A stretch of DNA of 64,000 nucleotides from Nannocystis sp. (lineage in GTDB: Bacteria; Myxococcota_A; Polyangia; Nannocystales; Nannocystaceae): contig NZ_JADJNN010000012.1 of the NCBI RefSeq assembly GCF_016714285.1, positions 154,040-218,039 on the forward strand. The letters are read 5' to 3'. Of the stretch, positions 1 to 8,341 are shown one piece after another (the stretch's first letter is position 1; each line of letters begins with the position of its first letter). The position numbers and the translations under genes are program-made. The notes below the pieces were generated by a model. That model saw only the letters and a list, made by a program, of their open reading frames with translations. It had not been told where the DNA came from and ran no database searches.

Positions 1-585
1 GGCCAGCACCTGCTCGTCGACGCTGGCCTGCTGGCGGTCGATCTCGCGGTCGAGCTGCTGGCGCGCGTCATCCCAGCGGGTGAAGGCCGCGGCGAAGCGG
101 GTGTTCGGGTCGGTCGGCGGCGGGTCGCCTTCGCCTGGCTTTTCGGACAGGCTCGCCCGCACCACCCCGATCGCCGCCGCCAGCTCGCGCGCCTTGGCCA
201 GGTAGTCGGCGGCCGCGGCCTCGAGTTCGACCAGGGGCGGCTGCAGCAGCGGACCCTCGCGCTGCGCCTTCACGCAGGGCTCGAGCCACTCGTCGAGCAC
301 CGGCGTGATCGACTCGGCGCGCGCCTTCTTGCCCGCCGCCTGGGCCGCGTTCACCTCGCGAAACCCCGCGTAGAGCGGCACCCGCGTGCTGTTGGCGCAG
401 TCGACGAAGAGGCTCAGCTTGTTGCTGATCAGCTCCGGCGGCAGCTCGGCCCCGGCGGCGACCGGCCGCTCGCTGTCGGTGAGGCGCTGCTGCAGGCGCT
501 CGCCGATCGTGTTGCGCAGCTCGTCGCCGCACGACGCCGTGAACAGGACGGGGAGGACCGAGAGGAGGAGGCGAGGGGAGGCCAC
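1..585 (-). CDS. putative lipoprotein (C-terminal part runs off window start)
   Basis: The minus-strand frame is open from the window edge to a GTG at 585. The N-terminus reads V/MASPRLLLSVLPVLFTASCGDE, a signal peptide plus lipobox Cys. It was missed by the ORF track, probably because it is edge-truncated. It ends 4 nt upstream of the downstream lipid-kinase gene, consistent with an operon. Confidence 0.45.
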   Translation of the reverse strand, partial: MASPRLLLSVLPVLFTASCGDELRNTIGERLQQRLTDSERPVAAGAELPPELISNKLSLFVDCANSTRVPLYAGFREVNAAQAAGKKARAESITPVLDEWLEPCVKAQREGPLLQPPLVELEAAAADYLAKARELAAAIGVVRASLSEKPGEGDPPPTDPNTRFAAAFTRWDDARQQLDREIDRQQASVDEQVLA

Positions 586-589
586 GGAG

Positions 590-1646
590 CTAGACCCAGT
601 GCGCGTCCTCGGGGACGAGGATGCGGAGGTAGTGGTAGAGGTTCTCGATGCGGTAGTGGTCCGCGGGGATGAACTCCTCGCCGTCGATCTGGGCCTGCAG
701 CGGCGGCATGCCCTCCGGGCGCGTGACCCGGATCTCCACCACGCGGCCGCTGGGGATCTCGCGCTGCGGCAGGCCGAGCACGGCGAGGTCGTCGCGCGTG
801 ACCGGGTTGCGCTTGTGGGCGCCGATCGCCGCGGCGCCCCAGTCGGCGTTGTTCTTGACGATGATGACCTCGAATTTGCCGTCGTCGGGCTTGCCGTCCG
901 GCGCGAAGATCCAGTCGCCGCCGTAGAGCAGCGTGCCCTTGACGACGATGTCGTTGACGCCGTCGAAGCGCAGCGTGCGGTCGTCGATGCGGATCTCGGC
1001 GGCGAAGCGGGCGCGCCCGATCAACGACTTGAACACGTTCTTGAGGTAGCTCGACAGGCCGGCCCGGATGTAGACCAGCTTGTCACGGTAGATCTGACGC
1101 ACGACCGGGATCCGCTTCACGAACTCCCGCTCGCGGTTGCGCTTGGCGAGGATCTGCGCCGACAGGCCGAGGCCCCAGCTGTCGAACCACAGGTCGCGCA
1201 GCAGCAGCTCGCCCGCGGGGTCGAAGGCCTCGACCTTGCCGACGTCGAGCCACTGTTCGATCCCCGTGGCGATCACCTTGATGTTGGCGCCGAGCGCCTT
1301 GACCCCCGAGTGCACGCCGAACGATCGGCCCTGGTCGTTGGCCGTGCCCATCGGCAGCATGCCCATCGGCGCGTCGACCCCATATTGCTCGCGCGCCAGG
1401 ATGATGCCCTTCGCCGTCTCCGCGAAGGTCCCGTCGCCGCCGAGGTAGATGACACGGGCCACGTCCCCCTTCTCGAGCCGCTGCGCCAGCGCGGCCACAG
1501 TGGCGCCCTCGGGCAGCGTCGAGAAGAATTCCGGCTGCAGCCGCGCTGTCTGCAAGCCCGTCATCGCCGCCTCGATCGCCGCGGCGGCCTTGCCGGAGCG
1601 GGCGGTCGGGTTGCCGACCAGCAGCGATACACGGGGCCTTGGCACG
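590..1646 (-). CDS. diacylglycerol-kinase-family lipid kinase (YegS/DAGK_cat-like)
   Basis: The ORF 590..2029(-) contains RVSLLVGNPTARSGK...VIYLGGDGTF...LPMGTANDQGRSFGV, the DAGK catalytic GGDGT motif. The N-terminal ~120 aa of the ORF are Arg/Pro junk. The start is placed at the in-frame GTG (1646) immediately before RVSLLVGNP. Confidence 0.6.
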
Positions 1647-1862
1647 TGCCGGTAGCCTACACGTCGGCGCTGTCCCGCGGCCTGGCAGCGGCCCCGGTCT
1701 GCTGCGGGGACCTTGCTCACGGCCCCGCCACAGCGCGTGGTCGCAGCGGAGCGCAGGAGGAAGACCCGCGAGCCGCGGTCCGGGTTTCGCGCTGGCCCCC
1801 GGCGGCGACTCACGGGCCCGGGACTGCCCAGCGCACGCGTAGATCTGATACCTGTCAATGCC

Positions 1863-4130
1863 ATGTCGTGCGTGCGTTCCAAGCTCTCCATCGCCTTCTC
1901 GTCTCTGCTCTTGCTGGCCTGCAATGGCAGCAAGGCTGACTCCGCGAACCCCGGCGGCAGCGGCAGCGAGGTGCAGGCGGGCGGCGACACCACGCCCGCG
2001 GCCTTCAAGTTCCAGAACCCCGGCGGCATGTGGATGCCCCGTCAGATGGCGCAGCACGCCGACACCTTGAAGAAGCTCGGCGTCAGCTACGACCCGAAAG
2101 CCCTCACCGACCCGACCGCCTTCCCGCTCAACGCGGTCGTCAGCCTCGGCGGCTGTACGGCCTCCTTCGTCTCGCCGGACGGCCTGCTCATCACCAACCA
2201 CCACTGTGTCACCCGCTACCTGCAGCACAACGCCACCCCGGAGAAGAACCTGCTCAAGGAGGGCTACCTCGCGGCGACCCGCGCCGACGAGAAGTCGGGC
2301 GGACCGACCGCGCGGGTGTGGGTCACCACGGCCTTCACCGACGTGAGTGACAAGGTGCTCGGCGGCCTCGAGGCCGTCACCGACGACAAGGATCGCTACA
2401 AGCAGATCGAGGAGCGCCGCAAGCAGATCGTCAACACCTGCGAGAACGGCCGCCCCGAGGTCGCCTGCTCGGTGGCCAGCTTCTTCGAGGGCGCGCAGTT
2501 CTTCCAGATCGAACAGGCCGAGATCCGTGACGTGCGCCTCGTGTACGCCCCGGCCGCGGGCATCGGCAACTACGGCGGCGAGGTCGACAACTGGCGCTGG
2601 CCCCGGCACACCGGCGACTTCTCGTTCCTCCGCGCCTACGTCGGCAAGGACGGCAAGCCGGCCGACTTCAGCCCCGACAACGTCCCCTACAAGCCGGCTC
2701 ACCACCTGAAGGTCGCCACCACCAAGGCCGCGGCCGACGGCTTCGTCATGGTCGCCGGCTACCCCGGTCGGACCCAGCGGCTCAAGACCGCCGCCGAGGC
2801 GCAGCAGGCCGCCGACTGGTACTACAGCCGCCAGATCGCGCTCTACGAGGAGCACATCGCCGTGCTCGAGACGATCGGCAAGGACCGGCCCGACGTCGCG
2901 ATCAAGGGCGCCTCCCGCCTGCGCAACCTCCACAACTACCTCACCAACTTCAAGGGCGTGCGCGACGGCCTGGTCAAGGGTGGCGTCGCGGCCGAGAAGG
3001 CCCGCCTCGAGGGCGAGCTGCAGAAGTGGATCGACAGCGACGTGGCGCGCAAGGCCAAGTACGGCGACGTGCTCGCCAAGATGGCGGCGCTCAGCCAGGA
3101 GCGGGCCCGGACCCGCGAGCACGACATGGCCCAGGACGAGCTCCTGCGCGGCTCCCAGCTGCTCGGCGTCGCCGACACGATCGTCAAGCTCGCCGACGAG
3201 CGCCAGAAGCCAGACCCCGAGCGCAAGCTCGGCTTCCAGGAGCGCGACGCCAAGGACCTCGAGCAGGGCTTCCAGGCCATGCAGAGCTCCTACGATCCGG
3301 ACATGGACCGCGCGGTGTTCAAGCTCTACCTGCAGCGCGCCGCCAAGCTGCCGGAGGCCGAACGCCCCGAGGTCCTCGCCGCGGTGCTCGGCGCCGGCAA
3401 GGCCAGCGACGCCGACATCGATCGCGCCCTGACCGCGCTCTACAAGACAAGCAAGCTCGGCGACTCGAAGGCCCGCATCGATCTGCTCAAGACGGCGACC
3501 CCGGCGAGCCTGGCGAAGAGCAAGGACCCCTTCATCAAGCTCGCGCTCAAGGTCAAGCCGGTGGTCGACGCCTACAAGGCCCGCAGCGAGGCCCAGGCCG
3601 GCGCGCTCGCGGCCCTGCGTCCCCGCTACATCGAGGCGCTCCAGACCTACTCCGGCGGCACCCTCGCGCCCGACGCCAACGGCACCCTGCGCATCACCTT
3701 CGGCACCATCCGCGGCTACAGCCCGCAGCCCGGCGCGCCGGTCTACACCCCGTTCACGAAGCTCTCCGAGGTCGTCGCCAAGCACACCGGGGAGGAGCCC
3801 TTCAACGCCCCGAAGGCGCTGCTCGACGCCGTGGCCGCCAAGAAGTTCGGGCCCTATGTTGACCCGACCCTCGGCGAGGTCCCGGTCAACTACCTCACCG
3901 ACCTCGACATCACCGGCGGCAACTCGGGATCGTCCACCCTCAACGCCGCCGGCGAGCTGACCGGCCTCGTGTTCGACGGCAACATCGAGGCGATGGCCAG
4001 CGACTGGGTGTTCATGCCGGCGATCACCCGCTCGATCCACGTCGACATCCGCTACGTGCTGTGGGTGATGGACGCGGTCGACAACGCCGACCACCTGCTC
4101 ACCGAGATGGGCGTCACGCCCGCGATCTGA
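1863..4130 (+). CDS. S46-family dipeptidyl-peptidase (DPP7/DPP11-like), lipoprotein
   Basis: The internal Met starts MSCVRSKLSIAFSSLLLLACNGS, a signal peptide with lipobox. The catalytic His motif GGCTASFVSPDGLLITNHHC and the C-terminal Ser motif GGNSGSS are present. The upstream part of the ORF (1713..) is Arg-rich junk. Confidence 0.8.
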   Translation: MSCVRSKLSIAFSSLLLLACNGSKADSANPGGSGSEVQAGGDTTPAAFKFQNPGGMWMPRQMAQHADTLKKLGVSYDPKALTDPTAFPLNAVVSLGGCTASFVSPDGLLITNHHCVTRYLQHNATPEKNLLKEGYLAATRADEKSGGPTARVWVTTAFTDVSDKVLGGLEAVTDDKDRYKQIEERRKQIVNTCENGRPEVACSVASFFEGAQFFQIEQAEIRDVRLVYAPAAGIGNYGGEVDNWRWPRHTGDFSFLRAYVGKDGKPADFSPDNVPYKPAHHLKVATTKAAADGFVMVAGYPGRTQRLKTAAEAQQAADWYYSRQIALYEEHIAVLETIGKDRPDVAIKGASRLRNLHNYLTNFKGVRDGLVKGGVAAEKARLEGELQKWIDSDVARKAKYGDVLAKMAALSQERARTREHDMAQDELLRGSQLLGVADTIVKLADERQKPDPERKLGFQERDAKDLEQGFQAMQSSYDPDMDRAVFKLYLQRAAKLPEAERPEVLAAVLGAGKASDADIDRALTALYKTSKLGDSKARIDLLKTATPASLAKSKDPFIKLALKVKPVVDAYKARSEAQAGALAALRPRYIEALQTYSGGTLAPDANGTLRITFGTIRGYSPQPGAPVYTPFTKLSEVVAKHTGEEPFNAPKALLDAVAAKKFGPYVDPTLGEVPVNYLTDLDITGGNSGSSTLNAAGELTGLVFDGNIEAMASDWVFMPAITRSIHVDIRYVLWVMDAVDNADHLLTEMGVTPAI

Positions 4131-4146
4131 GGGCCAGGGGGCGCGC

Positions 4147-4335
4147 GTGCATATTCGCTGCCCCATCTGCCGCAAGCAGATCCGCGACGCGCCGGACGAC
4201 TTCGCCTGGCGCCCGTTCTGCTCCAAGCGCTGTCAGACGATTGACCTCGGCAACTGGCTCGGCGGGGCCTACCGCATCACCCGTCCGCTCGGCCCCGACG
4301 ACGTCGACGACGACGGCGAGCGCGGCGTCAACTGA
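4147..4335 (+). CDS. yacG: DNA gyrase inhibitor YacG (zinc-ribbon)
   Basis: The 62-aa product reads CPICRK...FCSKRCQTIDLGNWL, a Cys4 zinc ribbon with an acidic tail, typical of YacG. Confidence 0.75.
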   Translation: MHIRCPICRKQIRDAPDDFAWRPFCSKRCQTIDLGNWLGGAYRITRPLGPDDVDDDGERGVN

Positions 4336-4398
4336 GCTCGCACACGCGGCACCCAGCTCAATAACCGCGGTCGCCGACGCCGTGACGCGAGCGTCTGT

Positions 4399-4425
4399 CA
4401 CGTTCACGGCAGCGCCGTGAACGTG
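4399..4425. terminator. perfect 11-bp stem / 5-nt loop hairpin between convergent yacG and ffh
   Basis: The sequence is cacgttcacgg-cagcg-ccgtgaacgtg. It is a GC-rich stem-loop with no T-run, as expected in a high-GC genome, and is a candidate bidirectional terminator. Confidence 0.45.
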
Positions 4426-4431
4426 GCCGCC

Positions 4432-6297
4432 TCACTTGCGGCGGTTCTTCTTGCGCGCCAGCTTCTCCGCCTTGCGCTTCGCCGCGATCGCCTTGTAGTC
4501 GATGGCACCCTTCGGCGCGCCCGGGTGCCCGCCCATGCCGCCATGCCCACCGAGGTTCGGCGCGCCCTGTTGTCCACCCGGCAGCCCCGGCATGCCTGGC
4601 AGCCCACCCATGCCCGGCATGCCGCCCATGCCCGGCATGCCGCCCATGCCCGGCAGTCCGCCCATTCCCGGCATGCCGCCGCCGCCGAACATCGAGCTCA
4701 GCGCCTCCGGGTTCTGGGCCAGCTTGCGCAGCGCGTTGAGCTGCTTGAGGCTGCCCATCCCGGGGATCTTGTCCATCAGCCCGCCGAGGCCGCCGCGCTT
4801 CTGATCACCGCCGGGCATGCCCGGGATGAGCCCGCCGAACATGCCGCCCATCATGCCGAACATGTCGCGCATGCTGATGAAGCGGGCGATGAGCCCACGG
4901 ACCTCGTCCTCCGTGCGCGCGCTGCCGCGGGCCACCCGGGCGACGCGGCTCTGCACGAAGTCCTCGGGCTTCATGTTGTTGGGGTCGGGCATGCCGGCCG
5001 CCGGGTCACGCCGCTTGCGCCGGCTGAGTTTGGCCGCGGCCGACTGCTTCGGATCCTTGTCGAAGAACAGCTCCGGCTCGTTGCGCTCCGCCTTCGTCAT
5101 CGAGCGGATCATCGCCTCGACCTTGCCGAGCTCCTTGTCGTCCGTGGCTTGCTGCATCGCCTCCGGCGGGATCTCGATCCCGAACATGCTGGCCAGGGGC
5201 ATCTTCTCCATGATGTCCTTGAGGCTGCCCATGCTCTGGATGTTCTTGATCTGGGTCAGGAAGTCATCCATCGAGAACTTGCCCGAGAGCATCTTCTCGG
5301 CGTCCTTCGCGGCCGTCTCCTCGTCGACGACCTCCTGGAAGTCGTTCATCAGCCCGACCAGGTCGCCCATCCCTAGGATGCGCCCGGCCAGACCCTCGGG
5401 GCGGAACTCGTCGAGCTTGTCGAGCTGCTCGCCGATGCCGAGGAACTTGATCGGCTTGCCGGTGACCGCCTTCACCGACAGCGCCGCGCCGCCGCGGGCG
5501 TCGCCGTCGAGCTTGGTCAGGATCACGCCGGTGACGTCGAGCTTCTCGTCGAAGGCCTTCGCGGTGGTCACCGCGTCCTGGCCAATCATCGCGTCGATCA
5601 CCAGGAAGATGTTCGACGGCTGGACCCGCGTCTTGATGTCCGCGAGCTCCTGCATCAACACGGCGTCGATCGTCAGGCGACCGGCGGTGTCGTAGATGAC
5701 GAAGTCGTAGTTCTCGGCCGCGGCGGTGTCGGTCGCGTCGGCGCAGATGTCGACCGGGTTGGCCCCGTCGATCGAGAACACCGGCAAACCGAGCTTCTCG
5801 CCCAGCACCTTGAGCTGGTGCACCGCGGCCGGACGGTACACGTCCGCGGCCACCAGCATCACCTTGTAGCCGGCCTTCTGCAGCTTGCGCGCGAGCTTGC
5901 CGGTGGTGGTCGTCTTGCCCGAGCCCTGCAGGCCCACCATCATGATGCCCGTGACGCCCTTGCGCGCCCGCGACAGCGAGGTGTCCACCGGACCCATCAG
6001 CGCGATCAGCTCGTCGTGGCAGATCTTGACGAAGTGGTCCTCGGCGCGGACCCGCAGCGTCTCGCTCTGCTTCTTCGCGACCAGCTGCACCTTCTCGCCG
6101 AGCGCCTTCTCTTTGACCGCCTGCAAGAAGCGCTTGACCACCCCGAACTCGACGTCCGCCTCGAGCAAGCTCAGGCGCACGTCCTTCAGAGCGGCGTTGA
6201 CCACGTCCTCGGTCAACTCGCCTTTGCCAGTCAAACGCTCGCGCGCGGCCCGGAAACCCTTCGATAATGTCTCGAACACGGCCGGGCGTTCTACCAC
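4432..6297 (-). CDS. ffh: signal recognition particle protein Ffh
   Basis: It has an SRP54 N-domain, a GTPase domain (GLQGSGKTTT...DTAGR...TKLDGDARGG) and an M-domain. The C-terminal tail is an extended Gly/Met/Pro-rich repeat (GGMPGMGG x several) followed by a Lys/Arg-rich end. Confidence 0.9.
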   Translation of the reverse strand: MVERPAVFETLSKGFRAARERLTGKGELTEDVVNAALKDVRLSLLEADVEFGVVKRFLQAVKEKALGEKVQLVAKKQSETLRVRAEDHFVKICHDELIALMGPVDTSLSRARKGVTGIMMVGLQGSGKTTTTGKLARKLQKAGYKVMLVAADVYRPAAVHQLKVLGEKLGLPVFSIDGANPVDICADATDTAAAENYDFVIYDTAGRLTIDAVLMQELADIKTRVQPSNIFLVIDAMIGQDAVTTAKAFDEKLDVTGVILTKLDGDARGGAALSVKAVTGKPIKFLGIGEQLDKLDEFRPEGLAGRILGMGDLVGLMNDFQEVVDEETAAKDAEKMLSGKFSMDDFLTQIKNIQSMGSLKDIMEKMPLASMFGIEIPPEAMQQATDDKELGKVEAMIRSMTKAERNEPELFFDKDPKQSAAAKLSRRKRRDPAAGMPDPNNMKPEDFVQSRVARVARGSARTEDEVRGLIARFISMRDMFGMMGGMFGGLIPGMPGGDQKRGGLGGLMDKIPGMGSLKQLNALRKLAQNPEALSSMFGGGGMPGMGGLPGMGGMPGMGGMPGMGGLPGMPGLPGGQQGAPNLGGHGGMGGHPGAPKGAIDYKAIAAKRKAEKLARKKNRRK

Positions 6298-6425
6298 TTC
6301 CCGGCCCCGCGCGGCGCTCCGGACGTGCCCGGGGGGCCTAGCTCACACGCATGGCCGTGGGCGCGAGCTGCCCGGAGACCCGGCTGGTGAATCCGGCGGC
6401 CGCGCGCTACGTTGGCTGCCCCACC

Positions 6426-8321
6426 ATGACGAAAACCGCCGCCAGGGCCCAGGGATGGGGCGTCAGCCTGCTGTTTCGCGGTCGCAGCGTCGCCGAGTGC
6501 AGCGTCCGCGACGGCGCTCCGCTGCGTGTGGGCGAAGATCCCGCGTGCACGCTGGTCGTGCCGGGCCTCGGCGGCAGCGCCTTGCTCGCGCAGGGCGAGC
6601 GCCTCCTCGGCGTGCCCGGACTCACCGGTCTGGTCCACCGCGACGGCGAGCCCGAGCCCGTGCAGGAGACCGACGGCACGACCCTCAGCGTGGGCGAGCG
6701 CGCCGAGCTGCATTTCGTCGCTCACCCGGAGATCACCCTCGAGCTGCGTCGCCAGCAGTTCGATCGCCTCCCGCTCGGCACGCTGCTCAACGTCCGCGAG
6801 CTCGGTCGCCAGCTGGCTCTCGGCGCCGGCCTGGTCGCCGGCATGATCTTGCTGGTCCGCAGTGAGGCGCCGGTCAACACCCTCGAGGTCAAGGGCGAGC
6901 CCGACGCGCCCGAGGACTCGGCCCTGGTGCGGGCGATGTTCGCCACCGCGGTGGAGCCTGTACCGATCGTCGACGTCCGTTGGCTGCCCGTGCCTGTGCC
7001 CGTCGCTCCGCCGTCGCCCGAGCCGCCCGCGCTTGCCAGCCTCGCCGCGCTCTTGCCCCCGCCCGTCGCCGTGCCCGTCGCCGACGCACCGCCGCGAGCC
7101 CGCAAGCGCCGCGCCCCCGAGCCCGAGGTCACCGCGATGCTGCTCGGCTCGCTGGAAAGCGACGAGCTCGGCGGTGTGTTCGACGAAGCCGTGGTCGGCG
7201 GTGTGGTCGGCGGCGTGGTCGGCGGTACGGTGGCATCCGACGTGATGGCCGAGCGCAGCCCGGACGCCCCTGGCCTCGCCTTCGGCCTCGCGGACGGTGG
7301 TGCTGGCGGCCTGGGTGGCGGCGGCACGGGCGAGGGCGTCAGCGCCCGTCCGACCGTCGGCGACGAGCTCGTGGTCCGCGAGCTCCACGATCAGCCCAGG
7401 CCCGAGCTCGTCGAGCTCGACGAGCCGGCCGACGACAGCTTCGTCGAGGCGATCATGGGCCCCGGCACCAGCGACACACCTGTCCCCGGGGACAGCCCGC
7501 CGCCGCCTCCGCAGGCTGGCCCGCACAGCCACGGCGAGGCCGGCGTCGCCGTGCTGCGTGGCACCGCCGACGGGCTCGCCGCGGTCGCCCCCGAGGACCG
7601 CTGCGACGACCCCACGATCAGCAAGAAGCGCCAGCTCGACGTCGTCTTCGTCGTCGACGTCTCGACCACCATGAATTTCATGCTCGGCCGCATCGAGCAG
7701 CAGCTCGCGCAGGTCGACGCCGAGGCGCGGGCGGCCGGCCTCGACACTCGCTACGGCCTCGTCGTCTTCGTCGACGACGTCCAGCTCGGCAACCAGGGCC
7801 AGCCCTACGTCGACCTCGCCGCCGTGCAGCGGGACCTCGCGCACTGGCAGGCCTTCACCAGCAGCAACCGCCAGATCGGCAGCGAGGCCGCCAACCTCGA
7901 CTGGCCCGAGAACAGCCTCGACGCCCTCCACAGCGCCGCCACCGGCTTCGCCTGGCGACCCGCCGACACCACCCTGCGGATGATCGTCCACGCCACCGAC
8001 GACGACTTCGGCGAGGCCCCCGCGGTCCAGAGCGGGCAGCAGATCCAGCACAGCTACCAAGCGACCGTCACGGCCCTGCGCGCGGCGGAGGTCCGCATGT
8101 TCAGCTTCGCCGCAAAGATCGGCGGTCAGTGCGAGTGCCTCGACGTCCGCCCGGGCCTGTTCACCCGCCACCGCGGCCGGCCCTCGCTGCCGAGCGCCAC
8201 CGGCGGGGTCGTGTTCGACATCGACGAGGTCGCGAGCGACAAGCTCAGCTTCGCGGCCGCGGTCGGCGGCGCGATCAAGAGCGGCGTCTGCACCCGCTAC
8301 CCGCTCTCGCCGTTCGGCTGA
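6426..8321 (+). CDS. FHA-domain / von Willebrand factor A-domain protein
   Basis: The internal Met starts MTKTAARAQGWGVSLLFRGRSV...PLRVGEDPAC (FHA-like). The C-terminal half has KRQLDVVFVVDVSTTMNFMLGRI...YGLVVFVDDV, a VWA MIDAS-type fold. The middle is a Pro/Ala-rich linker. Confidence 0.7.
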   Translation: MTKTAARAQGWGVSLLFRGRSVAECSVRDGAPLRVGEDPACTLVVPGLGGSALLAQGERLLGVPGLTGLVHRDGEPEPVQETDGTTLSVGERAELHFVAHPEITLELRRQQFDRLPLGTLLNVRELGRQLALGAGLVAGMILLVRSEAPVNTLEVKGEPDAPEDSALVRAMFATAVEPVPIVDVRWLPVPVPVAPPSPEPPALASLAALLPPPVAVPVADAPPRARKRRAPEPEVTAMLLGSLESDELGGVFDEAVVGGVVGGVVGGTVASDVMAERSPDAPGLAFGLADGGAGGLGGGGTGEGVSARPTVGDELVVRELHDQPRPELVELDEPADDSFVEAIMGPGTSDTPVPGDSPPPPPQAGPHSHGEAGVAVLRGTADGLAAVAPEDRCDDPTISKKRQLDVVFVVDVSTTMNFMLGRIEQQLAQVDAEARAAGLDTRYGLVVFVDDVQLGNQGQPYVDLAAVQRDLAHWQAFTSSNRQIGSEAANLDWPENSLDALHSAATGFAWRPADTTLRMIVHATDDDFGEAPAVQSGQQIQHSYQATVTALRAAEVRMFSFAAKIGGQCECLDVRPGLFTRHRGRPSLPSATGGVVFDIDEVASDKLSFAAAVGGAIKSGVCTRYPLSPFG

Positions 8322-8341
8322 GCGCCCGTGCCCGCTCGCGG

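Noticed and set aside
6980-8341. N-terminal 450 aa of ORF 6980..10699, which would make a 1239-aa protein.
   Set aside because: This part is out-of-frame overlap with the FHA/VWA gene and reads as Arg/Pro junk. The believable protein starts at the lipobox after the VWA stop.
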